Below are positions 61,076 through 64,000 of a stretch of DNA of 64,000 bases, piece by piece (the stretch's first letter is position 1; every line of letters starts with the position of its first letter). This DNA comes from an uncultured Pirellulaceae bacterium (GTDB lineage: Bacteria; Planctomycetota; Planctomycetia; Pirellulales; Pirellulaceae), in assembly GCA_938010615.1 (NCBI GenBank), contig CALLUY010000034.1, positions 982 to 64,981 on the forward strand, read 5' to 3'. A model generated the notes under the pieces. That model made no database searches. It worked only from the letters and a program-made list of their open reading frames with translations, and was not told the origin of the DNA. The position numbers and the translations under genes were made by a program.

Positions 61076-62527
61076 CTACCCCGTAAACAAGCCGTCTTCT
61101 TTTTTCGGATCGTCGAACTCAACGCGCATTCCTCGAACCTGAAAGAGTCGCGACCAACTATCGTCCAGACATTTTTCCGCTTGATCAATGGGGATCGCAG
61201 TCCAGCGTCCCGTCGCATCAACGTTTGCCAAACCAAGCCGCGCCAGCTTTCCCAGCGAATCAAAAATCTCAAAGTCGATATCAACCTTCGTCAGATCCGA
61301 CAGATACGCTTCGACTTCCAGGTCCATCTCATCGCTTGTCATACCGTTGTACTTCTCTCCCGTTGATTCAACCTTCTTTTCCTGCTGCCAAAGAATGGTG
61401 TAGCCAAGAATCGCCTCCAGTAATTCCTGTTCTTCAGCTTCGTTGAGGATGCGATACAAAACACCAGAATTGTTGCCAAGGTTCTTTAAGTACAGACTTT
61501 TCGTGAGTCCAAATTGATACTTTTGCTTGGTTCGAAAGTAGCTCAACACCGATTTGACCCCGTAGCCCACGATGGCGCCAAACAAAATCAGAAACGCCAA
61601 AATATTGTCATACGTCGCCGCAACAAGGACTGCCATCAAAACGACGATCAGTCGCGACGCTTTGTAGAGAGCCATCGCCGTGGGCACGAGTATTTTCCCT
61701 CGGTCCAGCATCGAAAGCCGGACCTTGCTTCCTGGCAGCAGAATCTCCAGATCCGTCTCCGGAATGTTCTTGAACGTTTTCAGGTAGACGTGATTGGCGT
61801 CCATTGCATCTTCGTCGTCCCCCGCCAACAACCTCGAAATCTTATTCGCTAACTCCTTGCGCCGATTCCGTTTGGCAGGCGATTCAACCACATCACCTGG
61901 TGCTTCCTCAACCGCTTCAGGCTTGAGTCGAAACGCCATGATCAGTCGTTCAAACTCAGGAAGCTCGATCGTTTCGATACGAAAGAAGTTTTGCCATCGA
62001 CGACGCTGAACATTTACAACATGGTAGCCGCGAGCAAAAATTTCTAGCCGATCGTAAAGATCGAAATTCACCTGTAGGCGAACTCCCCACTGAGAGGCCA
62101 TGTCGACGGCCCGCTCAAGGTCTTTGCGATCGAGTCGCTTGTAGTGTGCACTAAACAACAATCCGGAAACGCGGTCGAACAGTTTTTCCGTCAGTTGGTT
62201 TCGCTTTTCGTCGTCACGATTCCTCAATTCGACTGCTTGTGAATCCGGATCGAGTGGACCGTAGATTTCTTCGAGCTGCAAAAGCTGGGTGAGATGCTCC
62301 GCGTGGAATATTCGCTGAAGCCGTGAAGACATGGCAGAGAACTGAACGCTCTCTTGACCGCTGATTCGAAATCGCTCAACCAGATCCAGCACCAAATCAC
62401 TGTGTCGCAACGGAATAAAGGTTGCTCGAGAATCCAGTGATCTCGCAATCGGATCCTCTTTAATCGTTGCAACCAGTTCAATGGGATCAGTGCTCATTTC
62501 TGGATGATCGTCTAAATTTTCGTTCAT
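61076..62527 (-). CDS. DUF3754/TMEM143-family protein
   Basis: FIP, Y.PLDPD, YLKTFKNIPETDLEILLP, LYLKNLGNNSGV...AEEQE..EAILGY, DFEIFDSLGKL; start uncertain. Confidence 0.85.
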   Translation of the reverse strand: MNENLDDHPEMSTDPIELVATIKEDPIARSLDSRATFIPLRHSDLVLDLVERFRISGQESVQFSAMSSRLQRIFHAEHLTQLLQLEEIYGPLDPDSQAVELRNRDDEKRNQLTEKLFDRVSGLLFSAHYKRLDRKDLERAVDMASQWGVRLQVNFDLYDRLEIFARGYHVVNVQRRRWQNFFRIETIELPEFERLIMAFRLKPEAVEEAPGDVVESPAKRNRRKELANKISRLLAGDDEDAMDANHVYLKTFKNIPETDLEILLPGSKVRLSMLDRGKILVPTAMALYKASRLIVVLMAVLVAATYDNILAFLILFGAIVGYGVKSVLSYFRTKQKYQFGLTKSLYLKNLGNNSGVLYRILNEAEEQELLEAILGYTILWQQEKKVESTGEKYNGMTSDEMDLEVEAYLSDLTKVDIDFEIFDSLGKLARLGLANVDATGRWTAIPIDQAEKCLDDSWSRLFQVRGMRVEFDDPKKEDGLFTG

Positions 62528-62715
62528 CGAAATGGGATTCGCCCGTTTTTCTTGAATCTTGTTGAAATCATGGCGCGACCATCTCATCCGCAAGGAAATG
62601 AACGACGCAGAAGATGCAATTTAGCAGCTTGTTGCATTTAAAACCTTGTGCATACTCGCAGTCAACAAGTCTATATGAAATTAATTTTATGAATTTGATG
62701 GGAGTATTTGACGCC

Positions 62716-63882
62716 ATGAAAAGAACCACTTCATTTTTAATCGGGTGCGTTGCGTGCCTATTGATATTCCCACCTGCTCCGGCAGTCGGACAACAAAACG
62801 TGTTGCTCGACTTCGACTCAGGAACTGACGGGACTGTCGACTACACCGCAGAGATGCGCGATTCGGTCCAGTCACTGATGGAAGATATCTATCAGGACTT
62901 TGATATTTCATTTTCGCAATTTAATCCCGGTGGCGTGTTTTCGCGACTGACGTTTAACTCAGGTGGCGCCGGCGGTCTTGCTGAAGACATCGACTTTCGC
63001 AATTTGAACAAAGGTGACAACGCAGTCATCAACGTCGATGGTCTTGGATTTACAGCCACCAATGACATTGTCGGTATCAGCGCAAACATTGGAGCACATG
63101 AACTTGGGCACATACTTGGCCTACGACATCACGATTCGTTTGGGCCCATCGGACAAGGTGTGATTCCCGGCATCCAAGGGAACTTTCTCCCGAATTACAC
63201 CGGGCCACAAAACGCTGATGAATTCGAAAATCACGTGATGTCAACTCCGGCTCTAGGTGCTGACATCAATCGCTTCACTCAACCTGTTTGGCTTAGTGAG
63301 CGTTCGGCAATCAAACTTGAGTTCGCAGAAAACGGCACCGTCGATAATGAAGTCGGATCCAACGATACAATTGCGACGGCGCAAGACTTGGTTTTTGGTG
63401 CTCTGGACGTCCCGAACACAATTATTGACGGCCAGTTTGCAGGAATGGGAGACTTCGATGTTGACGCGATCGCAATGATCGGCAGCTTGACTGCAAACGA
63501 CACTGACTTTTACCAGTTCAGCGCCGAAGCCGGTGACCTGTTCAATTTTGAAGTCATGTCGTCGGCTCCGAACCGACTGGCTAATGTCGATACTCAAATT
63601 ACGATCCTCGACTCGACAGGCGCAATCATCGACTACTACGGATCCGACGCGTTCAATGACGATGAAATCGAAGGCTTGGATTCAGTGCTCGTCGACCTCG
63701 TTATTGCCGACGCCGGAACCTACTTCGTTCAAGTCAATGCGTTTGATGCCACAGGCGCTGGCCAATACGAATTATTCGCCAGCCGGTTTAACGGTATCAC
63801 TGCGGTTCCCGAACCTGGTTGCGCGACTGTACTGGCGATCCTTGGAACGCTGATGGTTTCGCGAAGGAAACGAGTTCTATAA
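62716..63882 (+). CDS. PEP-CTERM protein with a zinc-metalloprotease HExGH domain and a PPC-like domain
   Basis: Signal peptide MKRTTSF; AHELGHILGLRH; DTDFYQF..AGD..GTYFVQV; VPEPG-TM-RRKR. Confidence 0.88.
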   Translation: MKRTTSFLIGCVACLLIFPPAPAVGQQNVLLDFDSGTDGTVDYTAEMRDSVQSLMEDIYQDFDISFSQFNPGGVFSRLTFNSGGAGGLAEDIDFRNLNKGDNAVINVDGLGFTATNDIVGISANIGAHELGHILGLRHHDSFGPIGQGVIPGIQGNFLPNYTGPQNADEFENHVMSTPALGADINRFTQPVWLSERSAIKLEFAENGTVDNEVGSNDTIATAQDLVFGALDVPNTIIDGQFAGMGDFDVDAIAMIGSLTANDTDFYQFSAEAGDLFNFEVMSSAPNRLANVDTQITILDSTGAIIDYYGSDAFNDDEIEGLDSVLVDLVIADAGTYFVQVNAFDATGAGQYELFASRFNGITAVPEPGCATVLAILGTLMVSRRKRVL

Positions 63883-63910
63883 CTCCTTCTCGTCTACAAT
63901 TAGGCTAACG

Positions 63911-63949
63911 AAAAACGGGCTCTACTTTTTCAAGTAGAACCCGTTTTTT
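63911..63949. terminator. Bidirectional intrinsic terminator
   Basis: AAAAACGGGCTCTACTT-TTTC-AAGTAGAACCCGTTTTT. Confidence 0.8.
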
Positions 63950-64000
63950 AATTTGGAGCTGTAACGACTACTGCTATGCTGTCGCTGCGTCGTCGTTCTT

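Noticed and set aside
63974-64000. 3' end of a minus-strand CDS (...KNDDAATA*)
   Set aside because: Plausible given the bidirectional terminator, but 8 codons are too few to support a call

Overview
Bacterial chromosomal DNA, very probably from a Planctomycete of the Pirellulaceae type. This is inferred from a Planc_extracel LESRRLLA leader, a BBP7 barrel, an ECF sigma/Ser-Thr kinase pair, BlaI/M56, DUF1501/DUF1800 and PEP-CTERM proteins. The window holds about 40 CDSs, including lysS, lolC/E, lolD, uxaC, htpX, hemB, an MMPL transporter and a deoxynucleoside kinase, plus a tRNA-Ile(GAT)/tRNA-Ala(TGC) pair with no rRNA beside it. No CRISPR array, prophage or transposase was found. Most notable: (1) a three-gene operon between lysS and lolE encoding a DUF1611-type P-loop protein, a signal-less M36/M4 metallopeptidase-CapA fusion and an ABC exporter; (2) nested REP repeats and MITE-like shells, with one 14-bp end inserted twice at the same REP site and an arithmetically exact 8-bp target duplication; (3) a TerB-like protein whose N-terminus resembles the ATP synthase inhibitor IF1 helix; (4) an orphan PEP-CTERM mini-ORF; (5) a tandem pair of unknown paralogs ending PP-x-WG-x-FW. 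All family assignments come from motif recognition by eye, not database searches.
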